The notes beneath the pieces were generated by a model, which had not been told where the DNA came from, made no database searches, and saw only the letters and a program-made list of their open reading frames with translations. DNA of 64,000 nt, taken from the IMG/VR virus record IMGVR_UViG_3300027905_000001, positions 1 to 64,000 of that record. The stretch is one strand, 5' to 3'. The translations under genes and the position numbers were made by a program. Source of the DNA: a virus. Each line of letters opens with the position of its first letter. The first letter of the stretch is position 1. Below are positions 1 to 9,054 of the stretch, one piece after another.

Positions 1-296
1 CTTCCTCCACTTACACCTGGGTCAAGGATCGTTGCGGTGAATTGGGGAGTGCTGGATTTTACGAGCGCGATCATGGATGAGAGTTGGGCCGCTGTCATTG
101 TGCCCCATTCGACGGTGTACTTGCGTTTGTTGGCGATGTACTGGAGGTTCATTGTGCCTGCTGCGTTGCGTTTGCTGTCGCCAATCATATAAATTGAGTT
201 TGTGATCTTAGACGCCTCCGGTACGTTTGTTCCATTAACGGTTATAGTTGCCACGGCATCACATCCTTTCATTTTAGGTATAAGAAAAACCGCCAT
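1..296 (-). CDS. Tail-module protein, 5' part only (ORF runs off window start); start uncertain (ATG at 296, 272 or 188)
   Basis: Open minus-strand frame from window edge to about 296; called by position downstream of tape measure, no domain recognised. Confidence 0.3.
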   Translation of the reverse strand, partial: MAVFLIPKMKGCDAVATITVNGTNVPEASKITNSIYMIGDSKRNAAGTMNLQYIANKRKYTVEWGTMTAAQLSSMIALVKSSTPQFTATILDPGVSGG

Positions 297-348
297 GACA
301 GCGGTTGAACTTTTTTGGATTACACCAAAGTCCTTGAAGGAATCCAGC

Positions 349-1161
349 CTATCCAGTAACGCTCGATGTGTTCAAATTCCTAAGTACAGGTATAACGTTT
401 TCGTAATATCTAAAAGTTTCCACCTCCTTACTGCTACTCCTTGATTTATCATGGAATAACTTTCCGTATTCCTCAGTTTTAAGGCCATGTCTATTCGCGA
501 GTATCCCAACCATGTTGGCGCTTATCCCTAACTCCTTACCTATGTCTGTTGCTGAAAATGTTTTCATGCCAGCTTCGGGCAACGGTAGCAGGAATTCACC
601 TGTGATAATTTTAGTCGCATGGCTTTCTAGAACTTGTCTATATGTTCCGTCATATCCCCCAGCTATTTTCAGAAGAATAGCGGCTTCGCGAGCTCTAGCG
701 TTTGCCTCTCTGGTTTTTGATGCGCTCTTTTGGTATTCTGTCATTTCGATTAGTTTAGACTTGTCCGCCACATATGCGCCAGTTTGACGTATTTCAGGTA
801 GAACATCACGGCGTATCCATTTTCTGAATTGAATACCCATAGGCTTGTCGGTGTATTGGAGGAAACCATAGAGGCCGTCTTCGTAGAATATGGTTAATTG
901 GGTTGTTTTGTTTGGTACTACCATAGAAGTAGTAGCACTTTTTACCATTTCCTTGAAAGACTTAAGGACCTCGCCTCTCAATACATCATACTCGACACCT
1001 AGTTCGAATTCCTCTGCGCTGATGCAATCTTGAATAGTTTTCGAAGCGTCTGCATAATCGAGTAATGATACAACTTCACTAGCTATCCAGCATGGTTTTC
1101 CATTCCAGATAAAGGTGTGAACTTTGGTTCCGTTAAATTCTTTGATTATTAAATTATTCAC
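349..1161 (-). CDS. Phage antirepressor (Bro-N N-terminal domain plus KilA-C C-terminal domain)
   Basis: 270 aa; Bro-N-like core (FYEDGLYGF...FRKWIRRDVLPEIRQTGAY) and KilAC-like C-terminus. Confidence 0.8.
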   Translation of the reverse strand: MNNLIIKEFNGTKVHTFIWNGKPCWIASEVVSLLDYADASKTIQDCISAEEFELGVEYDVLRGEVLKSFKEMVKSATTSMVVPNKTTQLTIFYEDGLYGFLQYTDKPMGIQFRKWIRRDVLPEIRQTGAYVADKSKLIEMTEYQKSASKTREANARAREAAILLKIAGGYDGTYRQVLESHATKIITGEFLLPLPEAGMKTFSATDIGKELGISANMVGILANRHGLKTEEYGKLFHDKSRSSSKEVETFRYYENVIPVLRNLNTSSVTG

Positions 1162-1301
1162 TTTCTTTTCGCTCCTTTATTTGCCAACACTTGATAAAAG
1201 AGCATTCATTCTGTTATACTTGTAACAAAGTAAGCCTTTATTAAGGTTGGTTTTAGTTGTTTGGAAGATTCGTTGTTCTTGGTCGGAGAGCGAATCTTCC
1301 T

Positions 1302-1475
1302 TTAATTTTGTCTTTCTTTAGTTTTGAGCCATTCTGAGACAGCATCCTTGTCAAATCTAATGATGTTTCCTTGCTTAATGAAAGGCATACCGGCTTTTCG
1401 CCATCGCTCACTTGTTCTTCTGCTAATCTCAAGCCATTCGCATAACTTGTCAACCGAGATAAATTCCTTATCCAC
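1302..1475 (-). CDS. Excisionase/AlpA-family HTH (HTH_17-like) DNA-binding protein, GTG start, 57 aa
   Basis: Frame not in ORF track (under 60 aa): VDKEFISVDKLCEWLEISRRTSERWRKAGMPFIKQGNIIRFDKDAVSEWLKTKERQN; AAAGGG RBS upstream of GTG. Confidence 0.65.
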   Translation of the reverse strand: MDKEFISVDKLCEWLEISRRTSERWRKAGMPFIKQGNIIRFDKDAVSEWLKTKERQN

Positions 1476-1506
1476 CTCTCACACCCTTTCATATACCTAC
1501 ATGTAT

Positions 1507-1536
1507 ATTATACACGACAGCATACGACATGGTCAA
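1507..1536 (-). promoter_or_regulatory. Sigma-A-type promoter for the HTH/antirepressor operon (TTGACC-18-TATAAT)
   Basis: -35 TTGACC at 1531-1536 and -10 TATAAT at 1507-1512 on the minus strand, about 30 nt upstream of the GTG start. Confidence 0.5.
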
Positions 1537-1619
1537 GGTAAATTATGCAAATAAAACTCTTTACATAACCTTGTCCATAGCTGTATGATGAGGGAAATAT
1601 TAGAAGTTGGAGGAAAGCT

Positions 1620-2291
1620 ATGAATGATGAAATAGTAGGTTACGTTTGCCCTATTTGCGATACGCCAAACCCGTTGTCAACGAATTACTGCCTTAAGTGT
1701 GGGCATTGGCTATTGGATACAAATACTAAAGCAAGGCCTATTGCTAAGAGAGAATATAAACGGTATTTTAAGAATAACTCGATCGGAAGTAAGGTAGTAT
1801 CAATTATTAAATGGTTAGTGGTTGCCATACTCCTTATCTTCGTTGTTATGGTCATACTTGTTGCTTGCCATCTTCCTAGCTCGACGACTAATAACGTTCC
1901 TGTTACAAAACAAGTCGCTACGTTAAGTCCCGCCGATTTCAAAACCCAAAGTATTACTATTCCTTATGACGACATAGCCCGCCAGACTGAAGATTACGTT
2001 GGTAAAAAAACAATACTCACAGGCCAAGTGATACAAATCGAAGAAGGGCCTAATAATCAAATCATAATGCGGGTAAATATGACTAAAGGTCAATACGGAA
2101 TTTATAAAGACACAGTATGGGTAGATTACACTTACAAGCAAGGAGAGAAACGCTTCCTCGAAAAAGACATCGTGAATATATGGGGATCCGTTACGGGTCG
2201 AAAAACATACACATCAGCAATGAAGGTTGACATAACGATTCCAGAAATAAACGCATATATAATAGAGATGGCCCCACAATCTAACACTTGA
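1620..2291 (+). CDS. Membrane protein with N-terminal zinc ribbon and one transmembrane helix
   Basis: 223 aa; CPICD...CLKCGH zinc-ribbon motif, hydrophobic stretch VVSIIKWLVVAILLIFVVMVILVA; GGAGG RBS; divergent from the HTH gene. Confidence 0.6.
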   Translation: MNDEIVGYVCPICDTPNPLSTNYCLKCGHWLLDTNTKARPIAKREYKRYFKNNSIGSKVVSIIKWLVVAILLIFVVMVILVACHLPSSTTNNVPVTKQVATLSPADFKTQSITIPYDDIARQTEDYVGKKTILTGQVIQIEEGPNNQIIMRVNMTKGQYGIYKDTVWVDYTYKQGEKRFLEKDIVNIWGSVTGRKTYTSAMKVDITIPEINAYIIEMAPQSNT

Positions 2292-2296
2292 TAAAA

Positions 2297-2337
2297 ATAA
2301 CCTCAATTCGTTAATTTAGCGGACTGAGGTTATTTTA
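2297..2337. terminator. Hairpin plus T-run between convergent genes (likely bidirectional terminator)
   Basis: ATAACCTCA ... TGAGGTTAT stem followed by TTTT. Confidence 0.5.
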
Positions 2338-2340
2338 TTG

Positions 2341-5187
2341 CTACTTTGGATAGTTAAAACTCGAATCGTAACCCTGATTCGTCGAAATTCTATCATTCTC
2401 ATTCACCGTATAGGGTCTTATGATTCTCGCAAACGTGCGCCCGTCGATACTCACGTTAACTTGCATCATTTGCGATTGACCAGAATTACCACCGCTCCCT
2501 GATGTACTAGGATTGGAGTTGCTACTAATTATGCTTCCAAGTTGCCCGAGAGGTATTACTGCTTCGGGGCCAGCCTCCCCAATCATTGCTAATTGCGGTG
2601 CGGTCACAACTCCACCTGATGCAAGCGCAGGAATTGCCGACGAAGCAATACTAGCACCAACGCCAGCCAATGCCGTTCCGGCTGCCGCAATTCCTCCTGC
2701 AATCAAGTCTGTTCCACCAGTCGCGACAGTTAGCCCAGCTAGTCCAGCCGCGGCCAAGACACCTTTATTATTGCTGGCCCAATTCCCTATCCCTGTACCA
2801 ACGTTTGATATTGTTTGACCTGCCGCACTCGCTAAGGATGCTATAGATGACATCGCACTGCTGACAGCGGAGGAAAATGATTGCTCAACCTTCACCGCCC
2901 AAGTTGATACCATGGATTCAGTTGCACCAAGGGTAGCGTTCCACGCGTTTTGGAATTCTGTTCCGAACAATGACATGGCTGAGCTCGCGCTATTCGCAAA
3001 GGTCGAGAAATCAGAGGTTGCCGATGTTTCCCACGAGTGGATAGCTTGTGCTGCGGAATCGAAACCCGAATTGAAATCTTTTTCTAAAGTTGCTGCGAAC
3101 GCGCCGAGCGCCAACGAGGCGGCACCTTCCCAGCCGGAGATAGAGTTTCCGACGGATTCAAAAGCTTTTACAGCGCCAGTTTCCCACGCGGATATCGAAT
3201 TATTTATGGCGCTAAATTCTTTTTCTGCTGCGGTTTCCCATCCTGAAATAACCTCTCCAACTTGTCCAAATGCACTCGCTGCGCTTGATTCCCAATTTGA
3301 TATGGATTTTTCGACCGCACTCATATCTGCGATTAAATCAGCTTTCCAATCAGATACTTTATTTCCAATTGCATCTAAAGCCGAACTAATATCATCAGTC
3401 AGCGCAACGTCCACGTTAACCAAGCTAGGAGCAAATGATCTAACCTTATCTTGGATCTGACTGAATACCGGCTCAGTTTGATCCTGTATGTGGCAAGGTA
3501 TCATAAATGGGGCCGATGTGGGAGGGGTCGGAGGCGGCGGCATCGGCCCAAACATAACGGGTATCACTAATCCTTTATTCTTATCATTCCCCAACCCACT
3601 CAACGAATTAGCCAACCCCGATGGCACAACCGGAGGTGTTGGTGTGCCACCCGAGCCTCCTGCGCCACCTGAGCTATTACCCGAGCCTGTATCCTTCGTG
3701 ATATTATGCAATTGGTCGAAGCTCATGACATTCGCGTTCAGCGTCTTGCCTAGTGCTTTTTGCTTATCATTCAGTCCATCCGTCGATGTGCCAAGTCCAT
3801 CAGTAGACTTTGCTGCCCCATCTGCTGCCGTGCCTGTATTACTAAAGGCGTTCGACCAGTTAGCGGCCCATTGCTGCCCGATATTGCTAAAATCTCCTGA
3901 GACTAAATCCTCGAATACAGTGCGAACATCCCCCACAAAAGCGGTAATATAACGAATAGCAACGGCTAAGTCGTCACCTATCGTTATAAATACTTCTCCA
4001 ACGTCTGCGCCAACCTTTTCCAGCTCAGTTAATGCCGGAATCAAAGCATCGGACAAATTACGCTTCATTTGCTCCCAGTCTGCATTAAGTTTAGCCTGTC
4101 TATTCGAGAGAGTATCCGCTTGAGTGCCGTAATAACCAGTCGCGTCGCCAGTCTTTGCCATAATAGCTTGATAGGCCATTAACGCAGTTTGTGCGTCCGT
4201 CATAGTCTGGCCTTGTTTAATAACACCTTCGCTTAAGGCACGATTCTTAAGGTCAGTAGCGGTTATTTCAATGCCTAGACTTTTCAAGCCCCTCGTTTGT
4301 CCTTCCATGCCCATCTGTAACGACTGGAACACTTCTGACGGATCAACTCCGCGAAGCTTGCCTAAGTCATATGATAATTGCGTAATGTGCTCAGACATGT
4401 CCTCCGCTTGCTTGGGGTCGAAGCCCTGCATACTGGCGTTCATATATTCCTTGCCCATCATACCCTTGAGTGTCTGCTCGTCTACACCGTAAGAATCACT
4501 GAGTTTCTTGGTGAACACTTCTGCATCGTCACCCATTGAACCCATGGCGGCAGAGAATTGTCGCTGTGCATCTTGGGTAGTGGCTGCATAATTAGTAATG
4601 GCTTTGCCAGCGTTATATATTTTGTCGATGAACATAACTGCTAATCCAAGCGCAAATAATTCAGGTAGCGCGGTGTTAATTATGTCGCCAGCTGCTGATA
4701 ACTTCATTGCCATGCCTGTACTTGAATCACCAATCACGGCAAATGCTTCTGATAAAGTTGTCTTGAGATTGTTGAATTTTGTCATTGTTGCTGAGGTGTA
4801 CGCTTCTGCCGCATCTGCTGAGGCTGTAAAGCTCTTAACTGCACCCTTGGCGAACTCAACATGGACATCAGAAGCGTTTTGTAGGACTTTTTCGTACACC
4901 CCAATATCCACGCCAGCATCAGCAAAGGTCTGCCTTACTCGTTGTTGAAATTCTTGTAAATTCTCGCCGGATTGCATAGTAAAGTCGGCGATTGTCCGTT
5001 GGCCAGCGGCTATTGAAGCAACAAGCGAATCTGTATTCATTTTTGGAATAGCTATTCCTTTTAGGCCAACGAGTGCCTCGTTTTTAAATGTTAGTATGGA
5101 TTGTTGTGCGCCTTTTAGGGTTGTTTGGAGTTGCGAAGAATCTGCCCCAACGCGAGCAACTATATTTCCGACTACATTATCTGCCAT
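2341..5187 (-). CDS. Tail tape measure protein
   Basis: 948 aa, Ala/Gly/Ser-rich with tandem SxWE repeats and C-terminal MIGEAGPEAVIPL-type motif; last gene of the tail assembly block. Confidence 0.9.
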   Translation of the reverse strand: MADNVVGNIVARVGADSSQLQTTLKGAQQSILTFKNEALVGLKGIAIPKMNTDSLVASIAAGQRTIADFTMQSGENLQEFQQRVRQTFADAGVDIGVYEKVLQNASDVHVEFAKGAVKSFTASADAAEAYTSATMTKFNNLKTTLSEAFAVIGDSSTGMAMKLSAAGDIINTALPELFALGLAVMFIDKIYNAGKAITNYAATTQDAQRQFSAAMGSMGDDAEVFTKKLSDSYGVDEQTLKGMMGKEYMNASMQGFDPKQAEDMSEHITQLSYDLGKLRGVDPSEVFQSLQMGMEGQTRGLKSLGIEITATDLKNRALSEGVIKQGQTMTDAQTALMAYQAIMAKTGDATGYYGTQADTLSNRQAKLNADWEQMKRNLSDALIPALTELEKVGADVGEVFITIGDDLAVAIRYITAFVGDVRTVFEDLVSGDFSNIGQQWAANWSNAFSNTGTAADGAAKSTDGLGTSTDGLNDKQKALGKTLNANVMSFDQLHNITKDTGSGNSSGGAGGSGGTPTPPVVPSGLANSLSGLGNDKNKGLVIPVMFGPMPPPPTPPTSAPFMIPCHIQDQTEPVFSQIQDKVRSFAPSLVNVDVALTDDISSALDAIGNKVSDWKADLIADMSAVEKSISNWESSAASAFGQVGEVISGWETAAEKEFSAINNSISAWETGAVKAFESVGNSISGWEGAASLALGAFAATLEKDFNSGFDSAAQAIHSWETSATSDFSTFANSASSAMSLFGTEFQNAWNATLGATESMVSTWAVKVEQSFSSAVSSAMSSIASLASAAGQTISNVGTGIGNWASNNKGVLAAAGLAGLTVATGGTDLIAGGIAAAGTALAGVGASIASSAIPALASGGVVTAPQLAMIGEAGPEAVIPLGQLGSIISSNSNPSTSGSGGNSGQSQMMQVNVSIDGRTFARIIRPYTVNENDRISTNQGYDSSFNYPK
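2877..3330 (-). repeat. Tandem imperfect coding repeats inside the tape measure gene (repeated ISGWE/SAWETGA peptide units)
   Basis: Repeated peptide units around residues 620-770 of the tape measure; explains spurious antisense ORFs. Confidence 0.5.
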
Positions 5188-5721
5188 TTAATCACCCCCT
5201 ACCGTCATTGATGCTATAGCCTTATTAAGGCCGCTTCCTATTTCGCCAAGCATAGTCTGCTTTATCTCTTCAAAATGTTCGGGTAATGCTTTTTGAAGGA
5301 AGTGCGTTCCCTCCCGTTCGGTCAGACTACCATTTGCTATTCCTACCTCGCGTTCAGCAGTTCCCTTGCGTGGTATAACTCTCCTCGGTCCCTTGTAGCT
5401 CGTGAATCCAAGGTCGAAGAATCTGGCATACCACGTTGTCTTTATCCTATACACCGTTTTCCCTTGTGGAGTTTTTTCTATCTTGAGCGCCATTGCTTTT
5501 TTTAATGTTCCGCTTATGTGCTGTTCGGTTCTGCCGTATCTGCCAAGGAAATCTACCCCTTGCTGGTTGATAGGCACAAGATTTGCCAAGGCATAATTCA
5601 TAGCCATACTTGCACCTGATTTAGCAGCCTTAGTGATAAGAGATTGTGAGACATTGCCGAGTTCTTCAAATTTAGCTGTAAGTTCGTCGATTCCGTCAAT
5701 AGTTGGCTCGTAATCGCTCAT
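5188..5721 (-). CDS. HK97 gp10-like tail-component protein (likely start at internal ATG 5721)
   Basis: WYARFFDLGFT motif resembling gp10-family yARfvEfGT; GGAAGGAGG RBS before MSDYEP; stop abuts tape measure start. Confidence 0.5.
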   Translation of the reverse strand: MSDYEPTIDGIDELTAKFEELGNVSQSLITKAAKSGASMAMNYALANLVPINQQGVDFLGRYGRTEQHISGTLKKAMALKIEKTPQGKTVYRIKTTWYARFFDLGFTSYKGPRRVIPRKGTAEREVGIANGSLTEREGTHFLQKALPEHFEEIKQTMLGEIGSGLNKAIASMTVGGD

Positions 5722-5799
5722 ATTCACCCCTCCTTCCCATTCCTGCGCATTAGACAATAACCCGCCAATTACTCTCCAATATACAGGCAAGAGCAGGGC

Positions 5800-6444
5800 C
5801 TAGACCCCGCTCCTCAACGCCACAATTGTATAAACCTGCCCGCAATACTTAATCTTCATAATTCCCGGTCTGATCGCGTATGTCCCGTCTTTAGGCTTCA
5901 ATAACGTTCCGTCTATCGACAACGCTACGTCAGGCTGAAATAGTTTCTCGCTATCATTTTGCATTTTGTAGAAGTAACTAAAAATGCCAACATCAAAAGA
6001 CGGTGTGAGTTTCAAAGGGATACTAAAGTTCGAGCCAATGATTATAGGTCGACTACCGTTCAGCATTTCGGTTTTTTGCTTGAGAAGGTTGAATATCTCT
6101 TCGCCAGTCTGAGGTTTTTTGTCAATACCCTCTATGATACTGTCATAAAACTCTTGCGGCTTGGACGCTTGAGCAAAAACCCCTGTGTAGTAGTCATTCC
6201 GAATGTCACGGTAAAACTCTGTTTTTTGCTTTTCTTGATATGCCTCAATAATAAGGTTGTATTCAACAGGAGTTAAGTCCCAAAACTCATCAGGTCTTAT
6301 TCCTGCTCGTATAGCGTTTTTATAGACAACTTCCCAGTCCCAACCTATTGCAGGATCGTCTGCGGAGTTTCCGGTGCTGGTTCCGGCGTTACTGGTTTCT
6401 CCACCGCCGGTTGTTCGTTTTTTGGGAATGTCGCCGCGATACAC
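5800..6444 (-). CDS. Tail assembly chaperone extension (T-like part, expressed by -1 frameshift as a G-T fusion spanning 5800..6695)
   Basis: Frame opens in the -1 frame overlapping the G 3' end; no independent RBS; continues IPKKRTTGGGE after the slip site. Confidence 0.6.
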   Translation of the reverse strand: MYRGDIPKKRTTGGGETSNAGTSTGNSADDPAIGWDWEVVYKNAIRAGIRPDEFWDLTPVEYNLIIEAYQEKQKTEFYRDIRNDYYTGVFAQASKPQEFYDSIIEGIDKKPQTGEEIFNLLKQKTEMLNGSRPIIIGSNFSIPLKLTPSFDVGIFSYFYKMQNDSEKLFQPDVALSIDGTLLKPKDGTYAIRPGIMKIKYCGQVYTIVALRSGV

Positions 6445-6695
6445 TCAAATACTTTCTTGATAGCAGCATTAGGATCGCTGTAATCATCAACTAAATCCAT
6501 AGCTTTATCGGCAGTAATTTCCGGCAGCTCGCGTTTAAGTGATTCAGCAAGGATTTCCCCGACCTGCTGGAAGGATAGCTCTTTCAGATTCCATTTATCA
6601 ACATTGAGGTCAAATACTTTTTCAAGCTTAGCGATTCCCTTCATACCTAATCTGAGTGTTCTATCTTGGTCGAGTGTGTAAATTACTGGTAACAT
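6345..6695 (-). CDS. Tail assembly chaperone (G-like, short form)
   Basis: 116 aa acidic protein between major tail and tape measure; contains slippery heptamer near its 3' end. Confidence 0.65.
   Translation of the reverse strand: MLPVIYTLDQDRTLRLGMKGIAKLEKVFDLNVDKWNLKELSFQQVGEILAESLKRELPEITADKAMDLVDDYSDPNAAIKKVFECIAATFPKNEQPAVEKPVTPEPAPETPQTILQ
6417..6423 (-). other. Programmed -1 ribosomal frameshift site, slippery heptamer A_AAA_AAC
   Basis: AAAAAAC in the G zero frame (cca aaa aac); -1 slip reads aaa aaa cga into the downstream frame. Confidence 0.6.
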
Positions 6696-6895
6696 TATTG
6701 CTTTCCTCCTATTTTCGTTTGTTCTGGCGCAATGTCGGCAGTTACATTACTTACCAATGCCGCCACTTTGGACTGACTAGCAATTAACTGGTCCAGTCTT
6801 GACCTTATATCAACAAGTGCATCGAATAGCTCATTTACATCTGCTGCGAGCTTTGCGGCCATGTCAGTTTGGGCACTCATTTTAAATTCCTCCAT
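6695..6895 (-). CDS. Hypothetical small structural-module protein (66 aa)
   Basis: ORF between major tail and chaperone genes, coupled start/stop overlap. Confidence 0.45.
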   Translation of the reverse strand: MEEFKMSAQTDMAAKLAADVNELFDALVDIRSRLDQLIASQSKVAALVSNVTADIAPEQTKIGGKQ

Positions 6896-6936
6896 TTTAT
6901 TTTATGTAAGGGAAGAGGGGGTTTCAAGCCCCTCTG

Positions 6937-7668
6937 TTAAGTCGTACGTACAGCGGTGATGGTATACGTTTGCGAAGAGTAGCCTGCACCCGAAATGACC
7001 AGCGAAACTAAATGTGATCCAGCCGTTGAAAATGCAATAGCCGGGGATGCTGTACCTACTGTAAATGCAGCACCTTGGATAACTCCATCGACGTACAATG
7101 TGCATTGCAACGATTCTGAGGCTGTTGGTGTAAATGCAATCGACGTTGATGTAATGAAATCATATCCATATGACATTGTGGAGCCGCTAAAACTTGGCGA
7201 GAACGTGCCACTTGTGCCGGACGCTGTTAGTCCTGTTAGCGCAGGAGCAGGGACGGTAGCAAACGAAGGTTCGCCGTTTATCGTCAGCGTACACTTGAAT
7301 GTTGCCGCCTTTGTTACGTCCAAATCTCCACCCATTTGCAGGTCGCTTATCATGCATGTTGCAGACCAACTCGCTCCTACGATTGACGGGAAAGTAATCG
7401 TGCATAAGGCCATTTCACTAGCAATAAAGTTTGCATTCAGTGTCATTTGCCCGGCATCTGCTGTATCAAAAAGACCTTCAACGCCAAATGTTCCAGCGTC
7501 TGCAAGTCCGGCCATGATCTGCTTGAACCCGTTCGGACTGGATAGGGTCGTTACGTCAATGGCGGTGCGCTTCATCTGCGGAGTGGATAACTTGGTTAAT
7601 CCACCGATGTTGGTTGCGCCGATGGTAAGCGTTGCTCCTATGCCAGAGCTAATATTAGACAAATTCAT
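6937..7668 (-). CDS. Major tail protein
   Basis: 243 aa, Thr/Gly/Ser-rich beta-type sequence with Ig-like C-terminal portion, directly upstream of chaperone genes. Confidence 0.7.
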   Translation of the reverse strand: MNLSNISSGIGATLTIGATNIGGLTKLSTPQMKRTAIDVTTLSSPNGFKQIMAGLADAGTFGVEGLFDTADAGQMTLNANFIASEMALCTITFPSIVGASWSATCMISDLQMGGDLDVTKAATFKCTLTINGEPSFATVPAPALTGLTASGTSGTFSPSFSGSTMSYGYDFITSTSIAFTPTASESLQCTLYVDGVIQGAAFTVGTASPAIAFSTAGSHLVSLVISGAGYSSQTYTITAVRTT

Positions 7669-7677
7669 CGCCCTTTC

Positions 7678-8130
7678 TTAGTTTTGATTTTGGCTAGGGT
7701 TGTGCGTTACTGTGATGTCGAGCACGCCTTTGTAAAGTCTCACCCTAACCTCTTCGATTTTGGGTATTAACTCGTGATAATCGTCCTCGACTTCGATTTT
7801 TTGGATGTACTGCCCACCTACATACTGGAATACAAGCGATTCTAAGAAATCTCGGATTCGTTGCTGAAGGTCAAGTAATAACCATCCGGCATTGTGGTAA
7901 ATCTCAAGGCGATAGGTACTTATGAATTGAGCGATATTACCCACTAAATCCATTTCATGAGAGCGCCCCACGCGGTTGAATGTTGCATACGGTATACCAG
8001 GAGGATCAAAAACTCCGATATAGTAAAGTTGGTACTTTTGATTACCGTTACTATCCGTGTAGATGAAATCCGTGATGGTTGGGTTAACTTTCATGAAAGC
8101 GAACAACCCAGTTTCGAAGGATTGGTTCAT
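7678..8130 (-). CDS. Tail completion / head-tail joining protein (tentative)
   Basis: 150 aa, by position between head closure and major tail genes. Confidence 0.45.
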   Translation of the reverse strand: MNQSFETGLFAFMKVNPTITDFIYTDSNGNQKYQLYYIGVFDPPGIPYATFNRVGRSHEMDLVGNIAQFISTYRLEIYHNAGWLLLDLQQRIRDFLESLVFQYVGGQYIQKIEVEDDYHELIPKIEEVRVRLYKGVLDITVTHNPSQNQN

Positions 8131-8138
8131 TGCTTCAC

Positions 8139-8456
8139 CTACGTTTCTAACTTACAGAGAATTCTCATTTCCCTATTCAATCCGCCGACATTAAGGACAG
8201 TCTGAATAAGATACCTCACTCCGTTAAACAACACGTACATGTTGGATTGGGGAATCGGACTGTAATACAACTGAAATTCACATTCCGTCTCAGTGTGCAT
8301 GCTTGATGCCCCTTGATACATCCTGCCAGTGTTTGGCACGTATGCCACAAATCCAAACGTGATGACATCGACAAACGCATTGACTTCGCTGCCTACTAAA
8401 TCCTGTCCACTAGCTCTATTTTGCAGAGTGATGGAGTGAATCCGGTCATATCTCAT
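8139..8456 (-). CDS. Head closure / head-tail adaptor protein
   Basis: 105 aa; size, position and YVLFNGVRYLIQTV-type motif. Confidence 0.55.
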   Translation of the reverse strand: MRYDRIHSITLQNRASGQDLVGSEVNAFVDVITFGFVAYVPNTGRMYQGASSMHTETECEFQLYYSPIPQSNMYVLFNGVRYLIQTVLNVGGLNREMRILCKLET

Positions 8457-9039
8457 AACGGCAATGCCTCAGTTCTACCGTCAATGGTTGATAGTCAGTA
8501 ATGTTCATGAGAGCTATTTTCATCTTAGTGTAGGATTCCGTCATGAAGGGCTGATTATCTGGATCATAACCAAAATTAGCCTTACAGTACGTTGAGATGG
8601 CCCGTCTGACTAGGGGATCGCCACTGTCGAGTACGTCTTGAGCAACCCCTGCTTTAACCAAATCCGCTTGAGCAGCATTGATAAGGTCCTGCACTTCTGG
8701 ATCAAATGAAGTATTCGATGGATCGAGCCTAAGATAAGGCTTAATGTCATTTAGCTGCGGTCCGGTGCCAACGGTAAAAATATTCGTCGCATATTGTGTT
8801 GTGCCACCATGTGTTATTTGCCATGATATTTGATACTGCGTGCCAGTTATCAGAGCAGAAACGTCATACTGATAAACGCCAGTCACATAATTTGCAACTG
8901 GCGTATTGACGGGAACAACAACAGCTCCCGTGGCGAGATTGATAACGCCATAGGAGCCGTCAGAAGAGGCGAGAATAACGCTTGTAGCGCTGGTTAACTC
9001 GCCTCTGTGGTTTGTGCAGTTAAGAGTTTGGAGTGCCAC
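8446..9039 (-). CDS. Head-tail connector (gp6-like) protein
   Basis: 197 aa; C-terminal STYCKANFGYDP region typical of gp6-like connectors. Confidence 0.55.
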   Translation of the reverse strand: MALQTLNCTNHRGELTSATSVILASSDGSYGVINLATGAVVVPVNTPVANYVTGVYQYDVSALITGTQYQISWQITHGGTTQYATNIFTVGTGPQLNDIKPYLRLDPSNTSFDPEVQDLINAAQADLVKAGVAQDVLDSGDPLVRRAISTYCKANFGYDPDNQPFMTESYTKMKIALMNITDYQPLTVELRHCRYEI

Positions 9040-9054
9040 AAAGACCCCTCCTTA

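Noticed and set aside
1253-1492. 79-aa ATG-start ORF from the track
   Set aside because: No RBS and no recognisable motif; the overlapping GTG frame (1302..1475) has an RBS and a clear HTH_17-like sequence.
2513-3952. Plus-strand ORFs 2513..2818, 2912..3460, 3488..3952 (and 4271..4948) inside the tape measure gene
   Set aside because: Antisense to a strongly supported, repeat-rich tape measure CDS; low-complexity translations, no RBS; typical artefacts of Ala/Gly/Ser-rich coding repeats.
6902-7681. ORFs 6902..7105, 6995..7681, 7187..7405 overlapping the major tail gene
   Set aside because: Overlap a well-supported structural gene in other frames or on the other strand; no RBS or motifs.
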